Positions 43,800-57,061 of a stretch of 64,000 bases of DNA are shown piece by piece (the stretch's first letter is position 1; the number at the start of each line of letters is the position of its first letter). The notes under the pieces are model-generated. The model did not search any database. It saw nothing but the letters and a program-made list of their open reading frames with translations, and was not told the origin of the DNA. Source of the DNA: the human T2T-CHM13v2.0 reference genome, Homo sapiens. The stretch lies in NCBI RefSeq assembly GCF_009914755.1, contig NC_060934.1; one strand, 5' to 3'. A program made the position numbers and the translations under genes.

Positions 43800-44604
43800 T
43801 TCTTGCTACCTAGGTTAATGCTTCATTTCCCTGCTGCCTTCTCCAAAAACAGCATCTCATCACCTGTATTCTTTCCTGTGTTGAGCCTCTGGGTTGCGGG
43901 GGACCCACCATGGTCTCTGCATGGCCACTTCCACAGAGGCTGTCACTTTGCTCCCCTCCTCTTCCAGAATCCCTGCATTTGAATGGCACGTTAGACTGAC
44001 TAGTCACTGTTATAGTCATCTACAACCCCAGGGCCCTTCCGCTGCTCGCTGTTGGTTTTTGCAATATGACCATTGCCTTAACTCTTGGTGACTTAAATAC
44101 CCACATACTGTACATAAGCTGGTCTCTCTATTCCCTGACCTATTCTCCAAAGATCTTATTCTAGACACCACTTCAGTCCCCCATTCCACAGTCACACTGG
44201 AATAGCTACAAAGTCTATATTTCCATTGCAAACATCCTGGGCTCCAGCTGCAGCCTCCTTCCCCTGTCACTCACTTCCTTCACTGCCCTGTCCGCAATGA
44301 TGCTTTGACCTGCCTCCACCCCTTAACTGTGTCCAGAAAAAACCACATGCCCAGGCTTACTGCTCTAAGTCTCTTTCATCACCCTGCGCTTCCAGGGGGA
44401 CTTGAGTGCACGTGGCAGCCAGGCTCCATCTCTATGGTCCACTCAGTGCTCCTGGCCCTTGCCCATGACTCACTGTCCTTTCTGCCCTCTTGCACCTTCT
44501 TCACTCAGTTGATGATCTTCCTTCCTTCCATCTAACAGAGAAAGCAAAGGTGATCAGAACAGAACTTCCACCTGCTCTCCTCATTTTGTCTGCCCACCTA
44601 TCTG
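43800..44604 (+). mobile_element. L2 internal fragment
   Basis: Pyrimidine-rich L2 ORF2-like sequence ending in gatcagaacagaacttccac; start approximate. Confidence 0.5.
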
Positions 44605-45479
44605 AAATCTAGGTGGAGGTTCCCAAATCTCAATTCTTGACTCCCTGCACCTGAACGCTCAACACCAAGTGCAAGCTGCCAAGACTTAAGGCTTGCGCCT
44701 TCTGAAGCCGTGGCCCGAGCTCTATGCTGGCCCTTTTCAGCTAGAGCTGGAGCAGCTGGGACACAGAGTACCAAGTCCCTAGGCTGCACACAGCATGGGG
44801 ACCCTGGGCTCAACCTATGAAACCACTTTTTCCTCCTAGGCCTCAGGGCCTGTGATGGGAGTGGCTGCCATGGGGACCTCTGAGATGCCCTGGAGACATT
44901 TTCTCCCTTTGTCTTGGGGATTAACATTTGGCTTCTCATTGCTTATAAAAATTTTTGCAGTTTTCTTGAACGTCTCAGAAAATGAGATTTTCTTTTCCAT
45001 TGCATTGTCAGGCTACAAATTTGCTGCACTTTTATGCTCTGTTTCCCTTTTAAAACTGAATGCCTTTAACAGCACCCAAGTCACCTCTTGAATGCTTTGC
45101 TGCATAGATATTTCTTTCACCAAATACCCTACATCATCTCTCTCAAGTTCAAAGTTCCACAAATCTCTAGGCAGGGGCAAAATGTTGCCAGTCTCTTTGC
45201 TAAAACATAACAGGGGTCACCCTTATACCAGTTCCCAATGAGTTCCTCATCTCCATCTGAGACCACCTGAAACTGAATTTTATTATCCATATCATTATCA
45301 GCATTTTGGTCAAAGCCATTCAACAAGTCTCTAGGGAGTTCCAAACTTTCCCACATTTTCCCATCTTCTTCTGAGCCCTCCAAATTGTTCCAACCTTTGC
45401 CTGTTACCCAGTTCCAAAGTCACTTCCACATTTTCGGGTATCTTTCCAGCAGTGCCCCACTCTACTGATACCAATTTAC
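44605..45479 (-). mobile_element. THE1 internal sequence, 5' portion only
   Basis: MaLR-int peptides (WESLELPRDLLNGFDQNAD); PBS-side junction with the LTR at 45479/45480; 3' part missing. Confidence 0.9.
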
Positions 45480-45837
45480 TGTATTAGTCTGTTTTCATGC
45501 TGCTGATAAATCCAAACCTGAGACTGGCCAATTTACAAAAGAAAGAGATTTAATTGGATTTACAGTTCCACGTGCCTGGGAAAACCTCACAATCATTGTG
45601 GAAGGCAAGGAAGAGCAAGTCACATCTTACATGAATGGAAGCAGGCAAAGAGAGAGAGAGCTTGTGCAGGGAAACTCTGCCTTATAAAGCCATCAGATCT
45701 CATGAGACTTATTCACTATCATGAGAACAGCACAAAAAAGACCTGCTCCCATCATTCAGTTACCTCCAACTGGGTTTCTCCCACAACATGTGGAATTCAA
45801 GATGAGATTTGGGTGGGGACACAATCAAACCATACCA
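45480..45837 (-). mobile_element. THE1B-like 5' LTR
   Basis: tgtattagtc...aaaccatacca termini; cttgtgcagggaaactc. Confidence 0.9.
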
Positions 45838-45935
45838 GTCATCATGATGGGATGCCGTCTTCCTTTCTGTTTTCACCCCTTCTAATGCACCTTGCACACT
45901 ACCGTCAACCTTTATAGAGTGCACATGAGTATGGC

Positions 45936-46282
45936 TTGATTTAGTCTGTTTGGGCAGCTATGACAAATACCATAAATTGAGTAGCTAATAAACAACAGAT
46001 ATTTGTTCCTCATAGTTCTGGAGTCTGGGAAGTCCAAGATCAAGGTACTGGTAGATTCAGTGTTTGGTGAGGCCACCTTCCTCATAGACAGCACCTTTTG
46101 TGTCCTCACGTGGTGGAAGAGGCTAACTAGTTCTCTTTGATAATGGCACTTACTCCATTCATGAAGGTTTTGTCCTCATGACCGAGTCACCTCCCAGTGG
46201 GCCCACTCCCTATACAAAAACATGAATGATTAGGTTTCCATATATGGATTTGGAAGGGAACACAAGCATTCAGATCATAGCA
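45936..46282 (-). mobile_element. MLT1A-type LTR
   Basis: catagttctggagtctgggaagtccaagatcaagg...cattcagatcatagca. Confidence 0.8.
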
Positions 46283-46615
46283 CTATTCCCTTGTCTACAA
46301 TCCAGCAACCTGTCTTAGGTAACTTCATCCCTTTGGATAAATATTCAGTCTGTTCAAAATCTAGGTGCTGACATGTATATGCTTGAGTCTTAAAGGTGAA
46401 AGGCTCCTACAAATAGTTTTGGGGACTCCTATGCAATCCTTTCTATTCAATTTCCTCATTGCAAATAGACCCTCCAAGAGAAAGAGGAGGTAGACTATGC
46501 TTGTTAAAGTATGCAGCAATCTAAATATAGTAGTCCCCTCTTATCTGCAGGGGGTATGTTTCAAGAACCCAGTGGATGCCTGAAACCCTGGATAATATAG
46601 AACCTTATATATATA

Positions 46616-47302
46616 CAGTTGCCCTTAGTATCTGCAGGGGATTGCTTCCAGCATCTCCAGCAGATACCAAAACCTACAGGTGTTCAAAAGTTCCTTATAT
46701 AAAATAGTTTAGTATTTGCATATAATCTACACCTCCTGTATACTTTCAATCTTCTCTAGATTACTTATTGATATGGTTTGGTTGTGTTCCTACCCAAATC
46801 TCATCTTGAACTGTTGCTCCCATAATTCCCACATGTTGTGGGAGGGACATGGTAGGAGATAGTTGAATCATGAGGGTGATTTCCCCTATACTGTTCTCAT
46901 GGTAGTGAATAAGTCCCATGAGATCTGATTGTTTTATAAGAGGAAACCCTCTTCGCTTGGCTCTCATCCTGTCTTGTTTGCCGCCATGTAAGATGTGCCT
47001 TTTGCCGTCTGCCATGATTGTGAAGCCTCCCAGCCACGTGGAACTGTGAGTCCATTAAACCTCTTCTTCTTTATGAATTACCCAGTCTCAGGTATGTCTT
47101 TATCAGCAGTGTGAAAACAGACTAAATACACTTATAATACCTAATATGATGTAAATACTATGTACATAGTTATTATATTATATTAGCTTTTATTTGTATT
47201 ATTTTTATTGTTGTATGGTTATTTTTATTTTTTTTTATATTTTTGATCCAAGGTTGGTTGAATTTGCATATGTGGAACCCATGGGCATGAAGGGCTGGCC
47301 GT
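46616..47302 (+). mobile_element. MER2/MER2B MITE, interrupted by a THE1 LTR
   Basis: Starts cagttgccctt after TA; tctctagattacttat joins to aatacctaat across the LTR. Confidence 0.8.
46769..47130 (+). mobile_element. THE1 (THE1C-like) solo LTR
   Basis: tgatatggtttgg...actaaataca; 5-bp TSD cttat. Confidence 0.92.
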
Positions 47303-47799
47303 CCTATGTTCTTTTCCTTTATATACAGAGCTATGAAAAAGTTTTATTTATAAATTAAGCACAGGAAGAAATTAAAAACAATAACTAGTAATAAAATAGA
47401 ACAATTATAACAATATACTGTAATAAAAGTTATGAGAATATGGAAAAAATGTTGTCTTTTAACTCTCCCAGGTAGGGTCTGGGTGGATGAGAGGGAGCTC
47501 CTCTTGGCAGAAGCTGGAGGTGTTAAGATACACACGTTTGCAGCCCCTTTGCTGCCTCTGCTGGGGTGCTGCTCATCATGTCTCATCCCCTGGTCCCATC
47601 TGGCTGAGATGTCCCGCTGCTGCTTGCCTCTGGATAATTGGTGTCTTGGCCAATTGTTTTTTTGAAATAGAAGGAAAGACATGATATAGTGGTCCAGATG
47701 CAGATAGGTGGGCAGACAAGTGAGGAGAGCATGTGAAAGTTCTCTTCTGATCACCTTCGCTTTCTCAGTTAAATAGAAAGCAAGATCATCATGCAATGA

Positions 47800-48770
47800 T
47801 TAATCCAGGGAAATCTCCCCTCCCTGTTCAGGGTTAAGGCCAAATCTCTGTCATCGCATGCCGTGCCCTGCATAGGTGGCCTTGCCCACCTCACTTCTTG
47901 CTGCTTCTCTGTAATGCACTGCACGGGAGACTTTGGAGCACACCTTTCAGTCCCCAAGCGTATACCCTGGCTCCAGCCTTCTGTGCCTGCCCTTATGTGG
48001 CTCCTTCTGTTGGGCTTACCCCACTCTTGTCTGCCAAGTGATCTCCTACCCATACCTCAGGGCCAATCCAGTGGGTTACCTCTGGGGGCAAGTTTCCATG
48101 AATACCCTGGATGGAGCTAGCTATTTTCCCTTTGGTCCCTGATATAGTTTGAATGTCTATCCCCTCCAAATCTCATGTTGAAATGTGATCCCCAGTGTTG
48201 GAAGTGGGGCCTGGTGGGAAGTGTTGGGTCATGGAATTGAATCCTTCCTGAATGGCTTGGTGCATTTCCCATGGTAATGAGCGAGTTCTTGCTCTGTTCA
48301 CTTAGGAGTTGGTTGTTTAAAGGAGACTGGCACCTCATCTCTCTCTTGCTTTCTCTCTCTTGCTCCTGTTCTCAACATGTGACATGCTGGCTACCTTCCC
48401 TTCCACCATAACTGAAAGCTTTCTGAGGCCTTACCAGAAGCCAAGCCGATGCCGACGTCTGGTTATGCTTGTATAGCCTGCAGAACCGTGAGCCAAATAA
48501 TCTTTTCTTTATAAATTTCCCAGTCTCGGGTGTTCCTTTATAGCAATGCAAAACTGACAAACACAGGTCCCTTATAGTACCTCATCCACATGCCTCTGTG
48601 ACCACGTATACAATGATTTATTTGAGACATTTATTTATGTGTCTTACTCACCCTCTCCCCGAGGATAGGGACCTGTCCTGACTCATGAAACCACCAGTGT
48701 CTAGCAGAATGTCCTGCACATAGTAAATGTTCAATGCTTGTTTGTTTGAAGGCCAAAATGAATGAATGGA
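47800..48770 (+). mobile_element. L2 3' region, interrupted by an MST LTR
   Basis: Ends cacatagtaaatgttcaat...gaatgaatgg. Confidence 0.55.
48140..48565 (+). mobile_element. MSTB-like solo LTR
   Basis: tgatatagtttg...aaacaca; ggtccc on both flanks. Confidence 0.88.
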
Positions 48771-51402
48771 CAGGATTTTTGCCTTTATCTAGGTGTTCAG
48801 CTAGTCACTGATTGTAGAGATACAAAATGGAGCAATTTTTAAAAAGTGAATAGTAAACAAAGAGAACATGTAATAACAGCAACTTAATTAACATTTTAAA
48901 GTTAAGTTGCTGACTAATTTCACTCCCAAGATTTAGAAATGCTGTATAAGTCTAAGTCATCACTTTCTCCCTCTCATTTTCAAAGTAGAACTTCCAAATC
49001 AAATGATGCTGACCATTTAAAAAAAATTTATTTTCAGAAATAGTAGAATATATAGAATGCTTAATCAGGAGGGCTCAATAATCGCTGAAAATAATATCAA
49101 AGATTCCAATAGCAATGTTTTGCAACACATTACTAAATAATCAAAAAGCAAGAAGCCATCATTTAGACATTGGGATGTGCAGATCAACTTGGTTGAAAGA
49201 ATTGGTATCGTCAATTCAGGCAATAGCTGTGACCCAGGAAGGGATTACCAGTTTTGCTGTACTTAAAATTCTGTACTTTGCTTTGCTCTAAGTCCACATT
49301 TCTCTTGTGCCACTAGATGCTTGTTCTAACTCAGTTTCATGTTGGGTTGTTGCTGTGCTGGGAAGATGAGCTTTCAGAGACTCAGTTCATAGCAGACAGT
49401 GGACTTTGGTTAAATATGAAGAATGCCTCTCTCTCTAAACTATAATAAAGCCCTTTTACATCACATTCATCCTGATATTACCTTATTTGCTTTATTGACT
49501 ACAGAGTACTTATACATACGCTCACGTCTTATAAAAATTGTATCTAGCAGAGCTATAAATAATTAAACTTTTCCTAGCTGGGACTTGCCTGTATAAAGAT
49601 GTTACAAATTCAAAGTCATAACAGGGAGGGTAGAACAGTGATTTATCACTAACAACTCTCAGCTTCTGGCTTTGTGTTTCTACTCATCTGTCTCATTGCT
49701 GAGTCCTGTGGTAATTTGTGTCTGTAGAGCCCCATGGCGGGAGAAAGAGAGACACAAGAAACCAGAGGAACAATCTCAGTGGTGGTTTCTCATAACTGGA
49801 TCCACGCATGCATAGGTTAGAGTGAGACTTTTCATAACTAACTTCAATTGCTATTTCAGGAAGGTCCCACACAATCTGACGAAATGCATCCACTCTGCAT
49901 TAGTTTTAGAACGTGCCACAGTGACATGGGCGGGGAAAAAGGGGGCCCTCTCTTAAGAGCCTGGCGCCTGCTTGTAGCAGCAGACACACCTCTTATCTTC
50001 CCTGCTTTAAAAAACGTAACCATTCATCATTAGATAAACTCACTTTAAAATGTGAACACAGTCGTTACCAGATCAGCCTCAAACTATTCACTTTTGTGAC
50101 AGTATTTAACTATGATCTCAGCGCAGGATAAAAGCTTCTGATGAAGTCTTTGTATATTCTCTTATAAATTTGATTACTGATTCATGTAAGCCACTACTCA
50201 TAAAAGTAGAGATTAATGAATAACAATTGCCTTGAAAATAAAATTGTTACCAGAGAGAGAAAGGTGTGTATTTTCATTTTCCTCGGGTGTAACAAGGGTG
50301 CTTGATGCTGCACGTGCGAGACGTGGTACTGAGGTCAGTTCCCCAGCACGGCTGTCATCTCATGGAAGCCAACTTTAAAAGGACTAAAAGCATCCATGGA
50401 GATGGGTTCGTGGTAGGAATCCCACGTCACAGATGAGGCTGGTAGGTTTTGAGGAGGGTGTTATGCCCACCTACCTGCATCAGGACCAGGATCTGTGTTT
50501 CACGTGACCACAAGGCCAGAGGAGCTCTGGAGGGCGGATACTTCAAAGGCACTTATTGTGTGCACAGTACACATGCAGAAGGAGCAAAAACCGCTTGTGG
50601 GGAAGAATTTGATCAAAGGAAAGAATGAGAAGAGAAAGGGGGGAGTCAAAAGAGGAGGGTATAGGAACAGGCTTGGAGAAAAGGGAAGATGAACAATTCA
50701 AGACAAATGTGAAATACTACATCTCAATTTTGTCCAGAGCCAACCTGTCTAATGGCAACCAGGCATTTTCTGTGGTTGAGTGTGAAATTCCATTTTTGCA
50801 ATAAGCCCCAGTGTTTTCAAAAAAGAGGCCCGCTACTCCAGGCCTGGGGACACCTACGATGAAGGATGAATGACCCCTCTCGAAGGTGGCCTCTTATGAG
50901 CACATTGCTTAAGCCCCACGGACACCAGGACCTGCTGGATGACTCATCCATCCAGGACAGCTGGTTTCTGCATTCTCTGCTTCAAAAACCTCCTGAGATG
51001 GAGATGCTAAAATCTCACATCTCACTTCCGTGGTCGAGCTCGTTGAGAGTAATTTTTTCCTGCTTCAATGAACAACTGTTCCCACTTGTTTATTCCTCTG
51101 TGAGAGAGAAAGCTGTTCATCAGCATTAAGAAAAACCATCTTATACCTGACATTGTTAAACAGTCATTATGTAACCATATCTCAGCCATTTCAGTCCCTT
51201 TGCATATTTCCCTAAAATTGAGAAAATTTATATTAAAGAGATGCAGAGTACGTGGCAGGGAGATAATATTTAAATGCATTTTTGCATCTACTTCTCAACT
51301 TAGCCACTTACTGAGCACCTACTATGTGTAATTCAGACTGTTAATGGCAATGTCCTTCTCTGGAATCAGTTGATCACTAATGTGATTTTGCACAAGTTTC
51401 TT

Positions 51403-52287
<885 letters not shown>

Positions 52288-52605
52288 TTTCAATGTAAAA
52301 CACAAAACTATAGGAGTACTAGGAAAATTTTAAGAGAAATATGTTATAGCCTTTGGGTACAATGGGCCTTTCTTAGCATAACATCAAAGCTAGAAATTGT
52401 GAGAAAAAATATTCTTATAGGAATAATTGTACAATTGTACAAAGATGGTCGTTCAAAGATGTCAGTTGCCAAATAGTTTTAATGCTAATGACATGTAAAA
52501 TGCTTAGCATATAGTTTTGCATGATAAAAATCATGCAAAAGCAGCCTACAAAACTGTTCACTCCATATTCTATGCTATTTTAAGAATGTAAATTCAAATA
52601 CCTAC

Positions 52606-52763
52606 AGCCAGTTGTGATGGCTTACACCTATAGTTCCAGCTACCTGAGAGGCTGAGGTAGGAGGATCACTTGAACCCTGGAGCTGGAGGCTGCAGTAAGC
52701 TATGATGGCACTACCATACATCAGCCTGGGTGACAGAGTGAGATCCTGTCTCCGAAAAAAAAA
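52606..52763 (+). mobile_element. FRAM / Alu right monomer
   Basis: Single right-arm-type monomer with A tail. Confidence 0.8.
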
Positions 52764-54199
52764 CCAGTTAATAAAGAAATTTTAAATTTTAATTTGGGGA
52801 CTATGCCACGTGTAAAGGCTCACAGAAAAATCATGGTTCAGACCTTGCTCTCCAGGAACATGTTGTCTATAGCGGGAGTCAGGCGATACGGGAGGGATGT
52901 GAGAAAGCCTCCAGGGAAACAGACCAGGGATTGGGCTTGTTTGGGGGTGGCCTGGAAAGGTTTGCCTGGGTAAGACCTGTCTGTGAAGGGCAGGGGTACA
53001 GGGGAAGGTGACATGAAAGCCATAAGGAGGGAAGCTGCCACAGCTTCAAGAGGTAGCTGTTGAAAGTCTCATCTGGGAAGAAGCTGGCCAGGCGGTGGCC
53101 TATTGTGACTGTGCATTCCTCTAAAACCAGACAGTTCCCTGTTGGCCAGCTGAGGCCCAAGCGTGGACAACAGCACAGCTCTCCTCCTCGGAGCCTGGTC
53201 TAGGAAGGAAGGCAGTAGGAAGCTAAGTCCGTGGCTGGGGACTCTCAGCCCAGGGTGCAGGGCCCTCGGCTTCTGGTTGGTGCCGCTGCAGGGCTGCGCC
53301 TGGGGATGCTATCGAGGTCGTGGGAAGACTCATTTGGAAATAAACTCCTGGTTGGCTGAATGGCTGCTGTTCTCAGATTCGCGTAGATTGGACAGAGGCC
53401 CGTCCTGGTGGAGGGAGAGGAGCCTGGCTCCCAGGCTCTTGGTTTCCAGCCTCCTCTTCTGCTATCAAAGCCCCAGCCTGGGCTGGCAGCTTTTCAGGGA
53501 GGGTTGTCTATCTGTCGCTATGCAGCAACTCTGATTCCCATGAAGGCAAGTTGCACAGGGACATCCACAGAGTAAAAATCCTTGAGAGACTAAACTGAGA
53601 TTCAGCGGTGGAAAGCCTAGAACAGCAGCCCCTGACTGGATAGAAAAAAACAACAGATCCCTCAGAGAACAACACCCCTGGCCACATCCCTCCTCCAAGG
53701 GCCGAGGCAGGTCAGTTGTGCAAATAAGGACAAGGCCAGTGGCTCCCTGGGCTTGGCTCTGCATCTCAGGGGCCATCAGTGTGTGCGTGACATCCAGCAT
53801 GAAGAGTGAGTTTGAATGGATCAGTGCCACCGAGACTCCTAATCTGTTTTGGAGAAGGAAATGCAGTTGACATAATTTCTGTCGTGGGCTGTGTGCCCCA
53901 TGCTCTCACGTTACCATGACTCACCTTGCAGGAAACTGATGTATAGCTGTGGGTTGTGCTGGACTGGGGAACAATACCATTTTGAATGCTGAGACGGGGA
54001 AAGAGTTTGCCAGACACATGGACCTTGGGAGTGGTTTCGATGTCTGCCAGGCATCAGGTGGCCTCCCTCAAATCCCAGAGTTTTGTTCACATCACCATGG
54101 AGCATCAGCCAAGGCAAACACCACCTTCCTCGCTAAGCGTTTACCGTCCCCGGGTGGTTTCTGCAATAAAATAATAATCATTGCTCTTTCCTGAGAGCT

Positions 54200-54400
54200 A
54201 ACTCAAAGCCCTGCGTGTTGCATCATCTTCAATGCCCATTAGACCTAAAAGGCAGGATGATCACCATCATTTTTTAGATGAGGAAACTGAGGTTCAGGGA
54301 GCTTTAAGGACTTGTTTGGGTTTGCACAAGTTTGGAAAAAGATTTGAACACAGGTAGGTCTAACAAATCTCTTTTGTTTTTCCCCACCATATTATGCTTT
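54200..54400 (-). mobile_element. MIR
   Basis: ttttagatgaggaaactgagg core. Confidence 0.7.
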
Positions 54401-54626
54401 ACATAATTCTAAAAGTTTGAGATCTATATGTCTGTTACAGCCTTTGTTTTTTTAGAATTGGAGTTCTCAAGAGGCATTTGGGTCACACAGTGACTGTGCT
54501 GGGACTCCTAGCCACCTCTACTGGCTCCCTTCACCCAAAGATATAATCTTCTTGTTACTTTCCAGTCATTTGTACTGAAATCTCATCAGAGATTAAATAT
54601 TTCCTACCCTATTTCCATACTCTTTA

Positions 54627-54923
54627 TGTTTTTTTCTTTAGAGATAGAGTTTTGCTCTGTCACCCAGGCTGGAGTGCAGTGACCTAATCACAGCCCACTG
54701 CAGCCTCAAACTTTCTAGGCTCAAGTGATCCTCCTGCCTCAGCCTCCTGAGTAGCTGGGACTATAGGTGCTTGCCACTACACCCGGCTTATTTTTGTCTT
54801 TTTGGTAAAGATGGGGTCTCACTATGTTGCCCAGGCTGGCCTCAATCTCCTAGCCCCAAACGATCCCCTTGCTTTGGCCTCCCGAAGTTCTGGGATTACA
54901 GGCATGAGCCATCTCGCCCAGCC
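54627..54923 (-). mobile_element. AluJ-like
   Basis: Reverse Alu dimer; diverged TSD ctatttYcataYtcttta. Confidence 0.9.
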
Positions 54924-56179
54924 TCTATTTTCATATTCTTTAACTGCACATTTCCCTGAGCTAGTCTCAGATTCTGCTGTCTGTTTTTCTTACTGATTGT
55001 GCAGATTTTGAATGAAGTCTCTCTCTTCTGCACATTTGCCTTCCCCAGACAGAGCTTGCTGCGGAAGTAAAATTTCAAAATAATCCTCCAACGTGTTTGT
55101 GGCCTGAAGGAGCAGAGCAGCGGTGGGAACAATTTAATTCCTAATAAAGTCCATACCTCTAAGTCGCTGCGTGTGTGCCATTGAAACGCAGAGAAGTTGC
55201 TAGAACTCCTCCACTCCTGCAGAGCTGTTGCCTCTCTGGGCCTGTGTGACAATGTTTGCTCTCCCTGCTGTCACTTTGCACTTCCCCGAGTCTCTCTGGA
55301 TGGCACTTCATGATTTCTCCCTGAAGCAATGATGGAAGTATGTCAGCTGTCAAAGGTTCTGGCAGCAGAAGGCAGCTGAGAATAAAGCGGCTTCACGGTA
55401 ATGTCGGTGACCCCCTAACCATACCCCGCTTTCCACCGATGATTTGTCTGGACAGTGTTTAAAGCAGATGAAATATACATTTTTTGAATCAGGTAACTAT
55501 TTTCGATAGAAGCTGGATACTTTTATTTTGGATTAAACCTGATAACCTATCATTCTTTAGGAGAAAATATAATAACTTATTCTGGATTGGTGTAATATTT
55601 AGATAGAAAGGTGTTTCCCTCTCTTTTCCAAACTAACCTCTCCAAACGTACATTTGTCAAATGCAACTTCCTCCAAATTATAGAATAGATTAACTATGTT
55701 AAATAACCTTAACAAGGGCAGAAATGCAGAAGTTCATATGTGTGCACTTTTGTGAATTTCCATCATTGTGTGAAATGTGTGCTTCTTAGGTACTGTACTC
55801 CAGTGAGCACTGACGTGGCTTGTGGGTGACTTAAGGTTACAGTCAGAATCATAATGTTGTTATTGGCCTTGATCTTAGTTTCACATTACCAGTGTTTCCC
55901 ACCACTTGACTTTCTTATTTTAAAAAAGAAAACTAAATCAAAATTATTCACACCAAATTGCCCCATGTACACTTTGAATATTTTTAACATTATCTGAGTA
56001 AAGGGATGGAGGGACTGTTTTACTCCTGATAGCCAAGACTGTGCGCCTTAAAGACCAATTTACATTTATAAATGCACAAATGCACAAATCAATTGTTTTA
56101 TCACACTTTTAGCTAAAAGTCTTAAATGTTTCTAAACTTAGTAAATTTACAAGGATGAAAGTGGCCTTAGACTTTGCAC

Positions 56180-56310
56180 CTCCTCATTTACAGATGAAGA
56201 GATGGAGGTCCAAGTGAACCAAGTAGGCTGAGATCAAGTAGCTAATTAGTAGATGAACTAGAACTAGAACTAGAACTAGAACTTGAACACGGATCTCTGC
56301 CCCACAAATG
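56180..56310 (-). mobile_element. MIR with an internal (GAACTA)n expansion
   Basis: catttacagatgaaga core; gaacta repeated about 5 times at 56255-56288. Confidence 0.65.
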
Positions 56311-56742
56311 AGCTATCTTTCTGCCAACTGCTAAATATATTCAGGTTGTGATCATTTTGGGTGAAATGATGGTTGTTTTCTTGTCTTAATTTGTTTTTAT
56401 TGTGATTTTAAAATTCAAGGATATCTCAAATTACTGGCCCATTAAATCTTGTATTCTTTTGCTTGTTGAAGGCAACAGGAGATGACCAGTGCTGGGTTTC
56501 ATGGGAACCAGAGGATTTACAACTTTGCTTGGGCTCCACGTACCAGCAGGAGCCTGATGAGGAGGGCGGCTGTGTTCTGAATTGTTTTAGGAAGTCTCCT
56601 TCAGCCCAAGACCGTCTGGACAAAATTGCCATGGGATCCTGTTGCTGCAGCAGGATGTTACCAAGTGAGACGTTGACTCAAAGAAGGGGAGCTGAGATCA
56701 GGAAGGCCAAGATGGCATCCAAAAATTCAAACACACCAAGGA

Positions 56743-57061
<319 letters not shown>

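Larger units (their letters stand above)
46527..47445 (-). mobile_element. MER44-like MITE, interrupted by MER2 and THE1
   Basis: agtagtcccctcttatctgc terminus; resumes near 47303 with ttatttataaattaagcacag. Confidence 0.7.

Noticed and set aside
44605-47700. Simple inversion bounded by the inverted L2 duplicates
   Set aside because: L2-like pieces inside appear to remain on the plus strand, and the missing THE1 half is not found beyond 47790
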